Below are positions 38,876-50,758 of a stretch of DNA of 64,000 nucleotides, piece after piece. Position numbers and translations under genes: made by a program. The notes under the pieces are model-generated. The model had not been told where the DNA came from and searched no databases. It saw only the letters and a program-made list of their open reading frames with translations. The stretch is taken from NCBI RefSeq assembly GCF_963921235.1, contig NC_086097.1:226116001-226180000 (forward strand), read 5' to 3'. Every line of letters begins with the position of its first letter. The stretch's first letter is position 1. This stretch comes from Mobula hypostoma. Lineage: Eukaryota.

Positions 38876-41054
38876 CCAAGTTTGACAATGATGTACCTGT
38901 CATGGTTAAATAGCTAGCAATATGTACGAATTGAGAGGAGCTTGTGAGTGTTGAAGATGAAGTAAGGTGTGTGAAAATAGTCCTGTTTGCTCATCAGCAG
39001 TAGCCAGTGATAAATGGAACATGATGAGATAATGGTAAAACTGACAACCGAATTTCTCATGACATTACATCCTCCAGCCCTGATTCTCGTAATGAACATC
39101 TAGCGTTATCTGCACTTTCTTCACTACTCTGCAATTCTTCCACCAATCAAAGAGTGTAGTGTCGAAATTGGTTTGAGTTCATACCTGTTCTCCACTATTT
39201 CCTATGTCACAAGCTGTTTCATCCACAATACATCTCCTTATTAAATGGTAGAGTATAACTTTAACTGGAACTAGCCATTCAAGATATTGGCCTGTTGATT
39301 CACCCAGTTAATCAATTTCATGGCTAACGCTGTCCAAGCTTATATCATTTTCATTCAGCAAGAAGCATGATGTAAGGATACTCCCTGCATCGCAATCTCT
39401 AAGTAAGGGTTAATACCATAACGAGATTCTCATAACTAACTTCAGGAGATTTTAAGTTTATCCCTCAGTGTTTTAAGCTAGACTTGGGTGGGCAGACATA
39501 ACTGAATGAATTGCTTTTGCAGTCCTTTATGTAATATGCTTGATTTTTAGTTTTATGGACATCAATAGAACTGAATATCTGGCGGTTGAATAGAAGGGAC
39601 TATTGCACACTCACCTGTTTCATGTTTGTGCCCATATCCAATTTCACCCATAAAGCTTTCCTGAAGTGTTTAATAATTGTCAGATGAAGTTGTTTGATCT
39701 TGGACTATAAATTCCTTCAGTCTTAGTAAGTTATTGTCAAAACATATGAGCTGTTTTGTCAGAAAGTTCGCAATTAGTGAATATCTCTCCTGATGTGTTA
39801 TGGAAATCAAAGCCTTCAGTTTATTTTCCAGCAATCCTATACCTGGTTCATGTTGAGAGTTGCTCTGAAGATTCTCTAAATCAGCCACTGTAAATTTACC
39901 AGCAGATTGACAAGGGGTTATTACTATAAAGCTTTTAAAAAGTTATCATGGGTAATTAGAAGAATGCCATTTCAAGCCAATGGGTGTGCTGAGGTATATT
40001 AAATTTTGGATGAAAGTCTGAACATCTCCAAGTGACATTTTAACTTTTTACAGCATGGGAGGTGTCAAGGTGTCTGTACAGGTTAAACACTATACGATTG
40101 TTAATGTCTATTGTTTGCTGATAGCGGCTGGAGTCTATCTTGGCCTCAAGGCAGCAGTGGCATGAAGATGTCTGTCAATGAATATGTGAGTTTTTGAATG
40201 AAGGAAACCATACTGAGTTAGTAGCATGAGAATAAAAGATCAAATTGTCCACTATTTTTTAAGACACTTTTTACTCAGTTCTTGGGACTTCACCCTAGCC
40301 GAGGTGTCGGTGCCTAGGAGACCAAGGGTGGTTTCACGAGGCGGAATTCAGAAGCAGCGATAATCAAGTCACCCAACAAGAGCAACAATCAAATGGAGAC
40401 TAAGAATCATGAGCCTGAAATATTTATGGAAACCTTTGTAACTTTCTGCAGAGTGTTTTATCTGGTTTATTTGTGCTTTCTATTTTATGATAATAAATTA
40501 GAATTAAGTTATTCTGTCATGCTTGTATGCTTATTACCACATTTCCTGGACCCTCGAATTGTTTGGTCTTTTGGGTCTGATCAACCCAGCCCATTACAAT
40601 GGCAGAACCTTGTGCTGTATAAGGTTAGAGGCTGCTAAGCCTAAACTCAAATACAATGGATTTGTCAGCAAGGACATTGACAATTACAATTTTATTTTTC
40701 AATAATTCTTTAACAATTGCTTGCCTTAGTGCCATTCACTGCGACAGTGAATCACTTTGGTGAGGCTTTTCAAATAAGTGGCTAACAATGTGGCTTCAGA
40801 GGGCAGTTCTGAGAAGGACAGGAGTCACATGTCAGACCAGATAAGGATGGTCAGTTTGCTTTCCTGAAGCACATTAATAATTAATTTAAAGCATTATTTT
40901 TCAGTACCAATCTGTTTTGTTGATTTTGCCTTTTTCTTTTCAGTCTCTTTTTTGAGATTTTTGACTATTTTCCCATGTCACTTGATGGTCCTGGAACATT
41001 ATTTTAGTTTCTTCATAACAAATGGATATTATGGGCACTACTGGTATTTATACT

Positions 41055-43090
41055 ACTGGGAAGTCAAGGACAGTATAAAAATAAAAGAGAGGAAGTGTAG
41101 CATAGCAAAGATGAACGGGATGCCAGAGGATTGGGAAACTTTTAAAGAGCAACAGAAGTTAACTAAAAAGGCAATATTGGAAGAAAAGATGGGGTACAAA
41201 GGTAAGCTAGCCAAGAATATAAAGGAGGATAGTAAAAGCTTCTTTAGGTATGTGAAGAGGAAAAAATTAGTTAAGACCAAAGTTGGGCCCTTGAAGATAG
41301 AAATGGTTGAATTTATTATGGGGAACAAAGAAATGGCAGACGAGTTGAACAGGTACTTTGGATCTGGCTTCACTAGGGAAGACACAAACAATCTCCCAGA
41401 TGTAATAGTGGCCAGAGGACCCAGGGTAACGGAGGAACTGAAGGAAATTCACATTACGCTGAAAATGGTGTTGGATAGACTGATGGGACTGAAGGCTGAT
41501 AAATCCCTAGGGCCTGTTGGTCTGCATCCCAGGGTACTTAAGGAGGTAGCTCTAGAAATCGTGGACACATTGGTAATCATTTTCCAATGTTCTATAGATT
41601 CAGGATTAGTTCCTGTGGATTGGAGGGTAGCTAATGTTATCCCACTTTTCAAGAAAGGAGGGAGAGACAAAACAGGGAATTAAAGACCAGTTAGTCTGAC
41701 ATCAGTGGTGGGGAAGATGCTGGAGTCAATTATAAAAGATGAAATAGTGGCACATTTGGATAGCAGTAACAGGATCAGTCCAAGTCAGCATGGATTTACA
41801 AAGGGGAAATCATGCTTGACTAATCTTCTGGAATTTTTTGAGGATGTAACTATGAAAATGGACATGGGAAAGCCGGTGGATGTAGTGTACCTGGACTTGC
41901 AGAAAGCCTTTGATAACGTCCCAATAGGAGATTAGAGGGCAAAATTAGAGCACATGGTATTGGGGTAGGGTACTGACATGGATCGTAAATTGGTTGGCAG
42001 ACAGGAAACGAAGAATAGGTATTAACAGGTTCTTTTCAGAATGGCAGGCAGTGACTAGTGGGGTACCGCAAGGCTCGGTGCTGGGACCGCAGCTATTTAC
42101 AATATACATTAATGATTTAGATGAAGGGATTAAAAGTAACATTAGCAAATTTGCAGGTGAGACAAAGCTGGGTGGCAGTGTGAAATGTGAGGAGGATGTT
42201 ATGAGAATGCAGGGTGACTTGGACAGGTTGGGTGAGTGGGCAGATGCATGGCAGATGAAGTTTAATGTGGATAAATGTGAGGTTATCCACTTTGGTGGCA
42301 AGATCAGGAAGGCAGATTACTATCTGAATGGTGTCAAGTTAGGAAAAGGGGAAGTACAACGAGATCTAGGTGTCTTTGTTCATCAGACACTGAAAGTAAG
42401 CATGCAGATACAGCAGGCAGTGAAGAAAGCTAATGGCATGTTGGGCTTCATAACAAGGGGAGTTGAGTATAGGAGCAAAGAGGTCCTTCTGCAGTTGTAC
42501 AGGACACTGGTGAGACCACACCTGGAGTATTGTGTGCAGTTTTGGTCTCCAAATTTGAGGAAGGACATTCTTGCTATTGAGAGAGTGCAGCGTAGGTTCA
42601 CGAGGCCAATTCCCGGGATGGCGGAACTGTCATATGTTGAAAGATTGGAGTGACTGGTCTTGTATACACTGGAATTTAGAAGAATGAGAGGGGATCTGAT
42701 TGAAACATATAAGGTTATTAAGGAATTGGACACGCTAGAGGCAGGAAACATGTTCCCGATGTTGGGTGAGTCCAGAACCAGAGGCCACAGTTTAAGAATA
42801 AGAGGTAGGCCATTCAGGACGGAGCTGAGGAAAAACTTTTTCACACAGAGAGTTGTGGATCTGTGGAATGCTCTGCCTCAGAAGGCAGTGGAGGCCAATT
42901 CTCTGGATGTTTTCAAGAAAGAGTTAGATGGAGCTCTTAAAGATAGGGGAGTCAAGGAATATAGGGATAAGGCAGGAATGGGGTACTGATTGTGGATGAT
43001 CAGCCATGATCACAGTGAATAGCGGTTCTGGCTCAAAGGGCTGAATGGCCTACTCCTGTATCTATTGTCTATTATCTATTTTCTATTATG
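41055..43090 (+). mobile_element. CR1 LINE ORF2 (5'-truncated, decayed)
   Basis: [43 protein letters not shown], catalytic motif decayed to FAGET, LVRPHLEYCVQFWSP; (CTATT)-type tail. Confidence 0.95.
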
Positions 43091-43509
43091 CTCCATCCTG
43101 GATTACCCCGGATCTAAGGAGACAAGACGCAACATGTTATGCAGCATTTCGCATATCTCTAACATGTCACCAGTGAAGGAACATAAGGAAAGTATAGGAA
43201 ATGTCTAATCGATTCATCTGGTTCCAATGTGTACATGATTAACTCACCTTCTGTGTTTTCTATTGAGAGAGCCATACAGCCGGGGGAAGCTGTGAGAAAT
43301 TTCTCTTTCTTTCTCCAAGACAATCAGGTTAATGTGGGTGTCATAAATCCTCACAACCACATCCTCCACCAATATGATCTCTCTAGCTCAAAATGTCCTC
43401 TACTTCAGACATATTCATAAGCTAATTTCCAAAGAGCAGAACACCATGAAGTGAAATGCTTTTTGAGATGTGTATTCTTTTGCCTGTGCATTTTGTATGG
43501 ACGTATCCT

Positions 43510-43860
43510 GTAAGACATAAAAGCAGAATTAGGCCATTTGGCCAATCAAGTCTGCTCTGCTATTCCATTATGGTGGATTTATTACCTCTCTGAATCCCAT
43601 TCTTTTGCCTTCTCACCGTAACCTTTGACCTCCCTACTAATCAAGAACCTACCAACTTCCACTTTAAATATACTCAATGCCTTGACCTCCAGAGCCATCC
43701 GCGGCAATAAAATCCTGCAGATTCACCACCTCCGGATTTAAAAAAAAAATTGCTCCTAATCTCTGTCCTAAAGGGATGCCCTTGTATTCTGAGACTGTGC
43801 CCTCTGGTCCTAAACTCCTCAACTATAAGAAATATCCTCTCCACATCCATTCTATCTACA
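43510..43860 (-). mobile_element. CR1 3' fragment
   Basis: Matches the minus-strand CR1 ends at 18503 and 21175. Confidence 0.8.
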
Positions 43861-44419
43861 TTTCAAATAATATTTCAAATATGGCTGAGACCATTTCTTT
43901 CAGTATCTTAAAAGCCAGTAGAACATTCCCTCTTTTCAATTCCTTTAACAAAAACACTAACTGATGGATTAGAGCTCTAACTTCTCATAAATAACAGCCC
44001 ATTGATTTAAACATGCTTCTGGATGTCTTTGCCCAGTCTCTATTTTCCAGTTTAGACATTCAGAAATGTATTTTTTTAATTTCAGCAAACCACCTTTTTA
44101 CTTGATGGAGCAACTGGCATATTCTGAAGCCCTTTAGAGTTTCAATTTAATCACTTCATTCTATTTATTCAGCTGCAATGAAGCAGTACCAAGTAGTTCG
44201 AATTTATTTCTTGATCCCCTAACCTTAACAGAGTAGGGATTCTCTTTGAATGGAATATTGGCTCCCTCTGAACCACCTCTTGGAACAAACTTCCTCATGA
44301 AGGGACCCACTGTACACAGTCTAGAAATTGGGTTCAATTTATTTAACACGACCCTGCTAAGTTTGGTAAAATGATGAAACAAAAGTGATGCAATGGAACC
44401 ACTTTACAGCTCGTGCATT

Positions 44420-44720
44420 ATCATAGCAGTAGTAGTGGTGTGATCACTTGAGATGAGTACGATGCTCACCTAAGGGGTGGCCTTCGTGTGACTGTAGAGG
44501 CCGATTCAGGATCCACAGAAATGGAAGGTATCTGTGACATTTTTTAATGAGAGGAGGCTAACGCACGGGCAGCCAACGCACGGGCAGCCACCGCATGGTT
44601 CCTTGACAGGTCGGGTTTCACTGTCCAGTGACATGGAATGCAGGATGACTGGGGACACTTCACTGCTGCAGCCTTCCTCCGCCTTCACTGCCATTGCGAC
44701 GTTACGAATGGAGACAGCAA
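44420..44720 (-). mobile_element. Internally deleted RTE-type element
   Basis: Minus-strand CGS*IGLYSHT (RTE C-terminal motif) and (CTA)n tail joined to a GC-richer 5' piece; internal 15-bp tandem duplication AACGCACGGGCAGCC at 44560-44589. Confidence 0.55.
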
Positions 44721-45079
44721 TCAATGAATCAGATTTGCAGAGTTCTGCTCAAAACCAGAAGGTTAATTTTGAGTGTGTGTGCTTTTCTCCCTCTTCGCTA
44801 TATTCTTTACCATTTTAAACCTTGTTCTGTGGGAAATTCTTCGTCTGCACAACTTTCTCAAGAGATTGGCTTGGACCTGTGGATGGTTAAACCAAGTAAC
44901 ACCATTTCATTCGCATCAAATCTCTTCAGAGTGATTTTCACTCAAGGACTGTGACAGTAATTTAATTCACTGTTCACAAATGTTCCTTCTCATACATTCT
45001 GATGTATACAACAGTGGTGGTCTCATTTCATGATCTTTCTACATGTATCTGAGTTGAGTGAACGGCATTAAAGTAATTA

Positions 45080-46120
45080 GACCATAAGACATAGGAGCAG
45101 AAGTAGGCCATTCAGCCCATCGAATCTGCTCTGCCATTTCATCATGCTGATTTATTATCTCTCTGAACTCCATTCTCCTGCTTTTTCCCAATAACCTCTG
45201 ACATCCTGTCTAATCAAGAACCCATCTACCTCTACTTTAAATGTACCAAATTATTTGGCCTCCACAGCTGACTGTGACAGTGAACTTCACAGATTCACTC
45301 CCTTCTTGCAAAAGAAATTCCTCTTCATCTCTGTTCTAAATGGATGTCCCTCCATTCTGAGGCTGTGTGCTATAGTCAATATTTGATAGGTTTCAATAAG
45401 ATCCCTTCTCATTCTTCTAAACTCCAGTGAGTTCAGGCCTACCTAGAGTCATCAAATGCTCCTCATATGTTAACCCTTTTGCTCCCAGGTCACTCTCATG
45501 AACATCTTCTGGACTCTCCAATGCCAGCATATACTGTATATTCTTAGATAAGAGGCCCAAAACTGCTCACAAGAATGATCTGACCTGTGCCTTATAAAGC
45601 CTCAGAATTATCTCCTTGCTTTTACACTCTAGTCCTCTCAAAATAAATCTTAACGTTGCACTTGCCTTCCTTACCATTAACTCAACCTGCAATTTAACCT
45701 TTAGGCGAATCCTGCACAAGGACTCCCAAGAATCTTTTCACCTCTGATCTTTAAAGATTTTCTCTCTGTTTAGAAAATAGCCTACGCCTATATTCCTTCT
45801 TCCAAAGTGCATGACCATACACTTCCCAATTCTATATTCTACCTGCTATCGATATTGGTGTCCCTTGGGTTTAGGCGTAATCTGCCTTTTTTTGTACAGG
45901 TCGTATCTTTCCCAGAAGAAATCCCAATGTTTCAGGATTCTGAATCCCTGTTCCTGCATCAATTTCTCAGCTGCACATTCATCCTATTCTCACCCTCACT
46001 TCCGCATGGCACAGGCAGCAAATCAGAGATTAATACCCTGGATGTCCTGTTTTCCTAACTCCCTATATTCTCTCTTAAGAACCTCCTCCCTTTTCCTGTC
46101 CATGTTATCCGTACAAATAA
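45080..46120 (-). mobile_element. CR1 3' fragment joined to an ORF1 SGNH-esterase fragment
   Basis: CR1 tail and RT C-terminus at 45080-45845; 45848-46120 minus reads EEVLKREYRELG...SRVLISDLLPVP...LRN*CRNRDS..HWDFFWERYDLYKK..LRLNPRDTNI. Confidence 0.8.
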
Positions 46121-47508
46121 TTTCATCATAACGAACCTTGACCATGATACAAACTTGACCATGATGTAAATTGTCACTAACTTCTCACCACATTTCTTTA
46201 TGTCATTATAATGCATGATGAGAAAATGTTAGTATCGCTTACCATTCAATTGTTCTAAATAAGGATTCTTTCATTCTGCATTCAAAAGTCTAAAGAGAAT
46301 GTTTTCAAAAAGAATCTCTGTGTTATGGTAAAGTATGCAGGGAACATCAATTATTTTTCAGCTATGAAGTTCTGATGCTACTCATGACAGTATCAGTTAT
46401 CAGTGCAAATGGCCATCACTTCCTTAATTCAAAATTGTTAGTAACAATACACCCACACCACATGTTATTTTTCTTGGACTTTTACATTAGAACATCAACA
46501 TTAGGACCTGGGAAGATGTTGGTGCTCCCAGTGTGCATATAAAAGTTTGAAGTTCAAAGTAAATTTTATTGTCAGAGTACATGTACGTCACCACACACAA
46601 CCCTGAGATTCATTTTCCTGCGAGCATACTCAGTAAATCTATAGAATAATAATTATAACAGAATCAACAAATGATCAAGTAAAGCACAGAAGACAACAAG
46701 CTCTTCACATGCAAATATAAATAAACAGCAATAAATAAACAGTTCATGATATAACAAGATAAAGAGCCCTTAAAGTGAGATCATTGGTTGTGGGAACATC
46801 TCCATAGATGAGTGTAGTTATCCTCTTTTGTTCAAGAGCCTGATCATTGCGAACTGTTCTTGAACCTGGTGGTGCAAGTCCTGAGGCTCTTGTACCTTCT
46901 ACCTGATTGCAACAGTGAGGAAAGAACGTGGCCTTGGTGGTGAGGATCTTTGATGATGGATGCTGCATTCCTACGACAGTGTCCCATATAGATGTTCTCA
47001 ATGGCAGAGAGGACTTTACCCATAATGTACTGGCCAAATCCACTGCATTTTGTAGGACTTTCCATTCAAAGGCATTGGTGTTCCCATATCAGACTGTAAT
47101 GCAGCCAGTCAGTACACTTTCCACCTCACACCTATAGAAGTTTGCCAAGGTTTTCAATGACATGCCAAACCTTCGCAAAGTCCTGAGGAAGTAGAAGAGC
47201 TGTCATGTTTTCTTTACGATAATATTTATATGATGGGTCCAGAATAGGTCCTCAGAGATAGTAACACCCAGAAATTTAATGCTACTGCCCTTCTCCAACT
47301 CTGATCCTCCAGTGAGGACTGGCTCGTGGATCTCTGGTTTCTCTTTCCTGAAGTCTACAATCATTTCCTTGGTCTTGCTGACATTGAGTGAGAGGTTGTT
47401 GATATAACACCATTCAGCCAATTTTTCAATCTCCCTCCTGTATGCTGATTCATTACCACCTTTGATACAACCCACAACAGTGGTGTCATCAGCAAACTTG
47501 AATGTGGT

Positions 47509-47842
47509 CATGAGGAAATCTGCAGATGCTGGAAATTCAAGCAACACACACACAAACAGCTGGTGGAACGCAGCAGGCCAGACAGCATCCATAGCAAGAA
47601 GCATAGTCAACGTTTCGGGCCGAGACCCTTCGTCAGGACTAACTAAAAGAAGAGATAGTAAGAGATTTGAAAGTGGGAGGGGAAGGGGGAGATCGAAATG
47701 ATAGAAGACAGGAGGGGGAGGGATAGAGCTAAGAGCTGGAAAGTTGATTGGCAAAAGGGATACAAGGCTGGAGAAGGGAGAGGATCATGGGACGGGAGGC
47801 CTAGGGAGAAAGAAAAGGAGGGAAGGAAAGAAAGAAAGAAAT
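47509..47842 (-). mobile_element. Penelope pLTR with intact hammerhead
   Basis: Pyrimidine-rich tract, hammerhead, then GATGCTGTCTGGCCTGCTGCGTTCCACCAGC...CCAGCATCTGCAGATTTCCTC; CpGs retained. Confidence 0.85.
47604..47641 (-). ncRNA. Minimal type I hammerhead ribozyme, intact core
   Basis: TAGTC-CTGACGA-A-GGGT-CTCG-GCCC-GAAACGTT-GACTA: 5-bp stem I, CUGANGA and GAAA boxes, 4-bp stem II, palindromic AACGTT stem III, GUU cleavage triplet. Confidence 0.82.
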
Positions 47843-49197
47843 TTGGTGTTGGAGCTCTGCTTAGCCACACAGTCATAGGTGTAAAGTGAGTAGGGCAGGG
47901 TGCTAGGTACACCGCCCTGTGGTGCACTTTTGCTGATGAAGATCTTGGAGGAGATATTGTTGACAATCTCAGCTGACTGGGGCCTACAAGTTAGGAAATC
48001 CAGCATCCAATTGCACAAGGAGTTAGTTTTTCCACTAGCACACATGCTCGGGTCAGAGTGTGTTCACAGAATCACAACACGGTTGCAATATGGACGGAGG
48101 CTTTTCCACCCATACTGTAAATACACAAGAGCATTACAGCAAGTTTTTCTCTCTCATCCTCTCCCCAGAGCCGTGCAAGTTCCCCAAGCTAACAAGATGG
48201 TCAGCTGATCAGATGAAGGAAGTGGAAACCTTCTCCGAAAAGAAGTAGCAAACTGCCGTGAGTTAACTGCTTAGATGGCATTGTTAATGTTGGCTATCTG
48301 CTTCTCACATTATATTAAAATCATTTAGTGCAAAATATTTAATCATCTGTGTCTGCTAGGCAAACTATCATTGCAGACTGGAAGCAGATTTCCTGCTAGA
48401 GAAACAGAAATAAAAACAGCTAAATCTTGAAAGTTCTAACCATTGATCAAGAAACAGAAGCTATCAAATTGTATTTAATATTTACCCAAAGTAGCTGTGT
48501 TTACCATGTTTCTTTTGAAAAACGGTTAGGTTTCCTGGAATTAATTAGTGTAGCATCTTCTCGAGTAGAAGGATATGTGTAGAAAATTTAAACTCAAACA
48601 AAAAATTGAATTTAATGCGCATGTGCGATTTTATGTGATATAAGAATGCTGAGAGTACAAGCTGGTGATGAATTATCACAAGCCTGTTGTAGGATTATTT
48701 ACAGTATTCTAGATCATAAGTTGCCTTCAGATAAAAAAAATCAGCTGTAAAGTAGTTTCAGTGGCCATTTTGTTGGTGTGAGTCAACGGTGCCCATGTGG
48801 GTGAAAGGCATTATTTTTGACCTGTTCATAAAATGGACACTGCCATTTGCATTGAAGAAGACTTGCAGAACTTCTGTATATCTACTTCTTCCTCTCTCTC
48901 TTCTACGTGATGCAGCCTGGTGGTGTGTTTATCCATAAGTCCCAATATCTTTAAAAGACTACTCTCTTGTGAGGTGGAATGTAAGGATTGCCTGAGTCAG
49001 GAAGTCTGGTGAACTGACAGTCCTGAGTGAGTCAACCCCATTCTTCTTCATTCACTTCCCTGATCTGCTGCATTCAGCAGAACTGGCCCTTTAAAGACTG
49101 CACTTCTATACATTCCGGCAGATTATATCCATTTTTAAATAGGATTTAAGTCAATGATTCCTTTACAGATAAGCAGAAGCATTGATTTGAGCAAGCA

Positions 49198-49350
49198 GGC
49201 TGGTGGTGTAGTGGCATCCACACTGGACTTCAACGTGACTGCTCCTGGGTTCTAATCTGGTTGGCTCCTTGTGAGAATTCATCCGTGTTGGCAAATCAGG
49301 CAAACAACTCTGCCTTGTAAAAACCAGACAGTAATGCTAAAGAAAACTAG
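49198..49350 (+). mobile_element. tRNA-derived SINE (same family as 30687)
   Basis: GGCTGGTGGTGTAGTGGCATC...GGGTTCTAATC...GCCTTGTAAAAA. Confidence 0.65.
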
Positions 49351-49504
49351 CATTATGTTAATGCACTTATGTTAATAGCCCACAATTTTATGACAGACTC
49401 ATAAATATTGTATCTTAGAGCTATACCACTTCACACAATGCTGATTATATACTATACTGCACTAAAAATTGAAAGGGCAAGCTAGGGCAAGAAGCAATCT
49501 TCTT

Positions 49505-50128
49505 GGAGGAGAAGATGGCGGCGCGCCTGCGCGTGCGCAGCTCTCCAGTGAAAAATGACACCGTATCTGTTAAATAGGGGCCGTGGACAATTCTGATTTG
49601 ATGGAGAATGGACGTGAAAACACAGAGGAACATCTGGAGAAATTTCTGAAACACCCATTCGCTGCTGTCGTTACTGTGTGGTTGGGAATCTTTCGGAGGG
49701 TAGGCCTCAAAATCCCCGGCCTTGCCTGCATTTGGCGACCAAGAAGGAGGTCAAATTGTTCAGACAGAGATGGCGCTCAGTACTCGGTGTCGGAGAGCTG
49801 ATCAGAGCTCGAAGTTTTCGGATGACTCAGAGTCGGATTGTGGTCGCCATGGCAGGGAGAGTTTTTCATCCTTCTCCCGTCTGCGTGAGATGTGGGACAT
49901 TTGAGAGACTTTGAACTTTACTGTGCTCAGGGACTTCTTCATCAAGTTATGGTATTGTTGCACTGTTTGTAACTATATGTTATAATTATGTGGTTTTGTC
50001 AGTTTTTTCAGTCTTGGTCTGTCCTGTGTTTTGTGATATCACACCAGAGGAAATAATGTATCATTTCTTAATGCATGCATTACTAAATGACAATAAAAGA
50101 GGACTGCGGGTCTTCATGATCATCATCA
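49505..50128 (+). mobile_element. Non-autonomous element with Rex1-like ends
   Basis: Starts AAGATGGCGGCG, CpG-rich body with no recognisable ORF, 3' end (TATTGTTGCACTG...AAATGACAATAAAA) resembling the Rex1 tail at ~10040. Confidence 0.6.
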
Positions 50129-50129
50129 A

Positions 50130-50758
50130 TTAAAGCATCGACAAAGATTGGAATCAACAGGACGAGGTCAAGACCGGGCGGCGAGTAGGTGTTCAGTGCT
50201 GTCTGCCTGGGATGGTGACTGGTGTCTCTCTCTTGCTCTAGCTCACTGCTCCTAGAGGAAGGTGCCTATGTTTGATTGCTCTCTCTCTCTCTCTCTCTCT
50301 TCCTCGCTCATTGTTGCCTGAGGATAGTGCTGGAGTCCTGTGTCTTGGGCAAGGTTTAATCAACATTGTTTGTGGATTGGACTCTGTGGTTCACATTATG
50401 ATGTGTTTCTGGTTTCTGGTTGCTGCTTTTTTTCTTGCTATTTTGTGTGATTTTGAACGGGGTGGACTGAATCTGCAGGCTGCATTCAACGAACAATTTA
50501 ACACCAGATTGAACTGAACTGAGCTGAAACTGAGAATTCCAGGACTATTTCATTGACTTTGTGGTCTGATGTTTTTTATAGTCTGTGTTTTTCACTTTTT
50601 TTTTGCCGTTCTGCAATTTGTTCTTTTTTTGTGCTTTGAAGGTGTGATGTTTTTCTTTGAACAGAGTCCATAGTTTCACGGCTGTCTGTGGGAAGACAGA
50701 TCTCAGGGTTGTACACTGCATGCATAATTTGATATAAATGTACTTTGAATCTTTGAAA
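50130..50758 (+). mobile_element. Second non-autonomous Rex1-tailed element
   Basis: Ends ATCTCAGGGTTGTA...TACTTTGAATCTTTGAA, matching the reverse complement of the Rex1 tails at 38245 and 46545. Confidence 0.55.

Larger units (their letters stand above)
46545..48020 (-). mobile_element. Rex1/Babar LINE 3' half with pLTR insertion
   Basis: SLCNWMLDFLTCRPQ, APQGGVPS.LPYSLYTYDC, FKFADDTTVVG, NNLSLNVSKTKEMIVDFRK, SGRRYKSLRTCTTRFKNS. Confidence 0.92.

Noticed and set aside
39843..39887. 45-nt minus-strand exon candidate (ADLENLQSNSQHEP)
   Set aside because: Weak pyrimidine tract and weak donor; expected by chance
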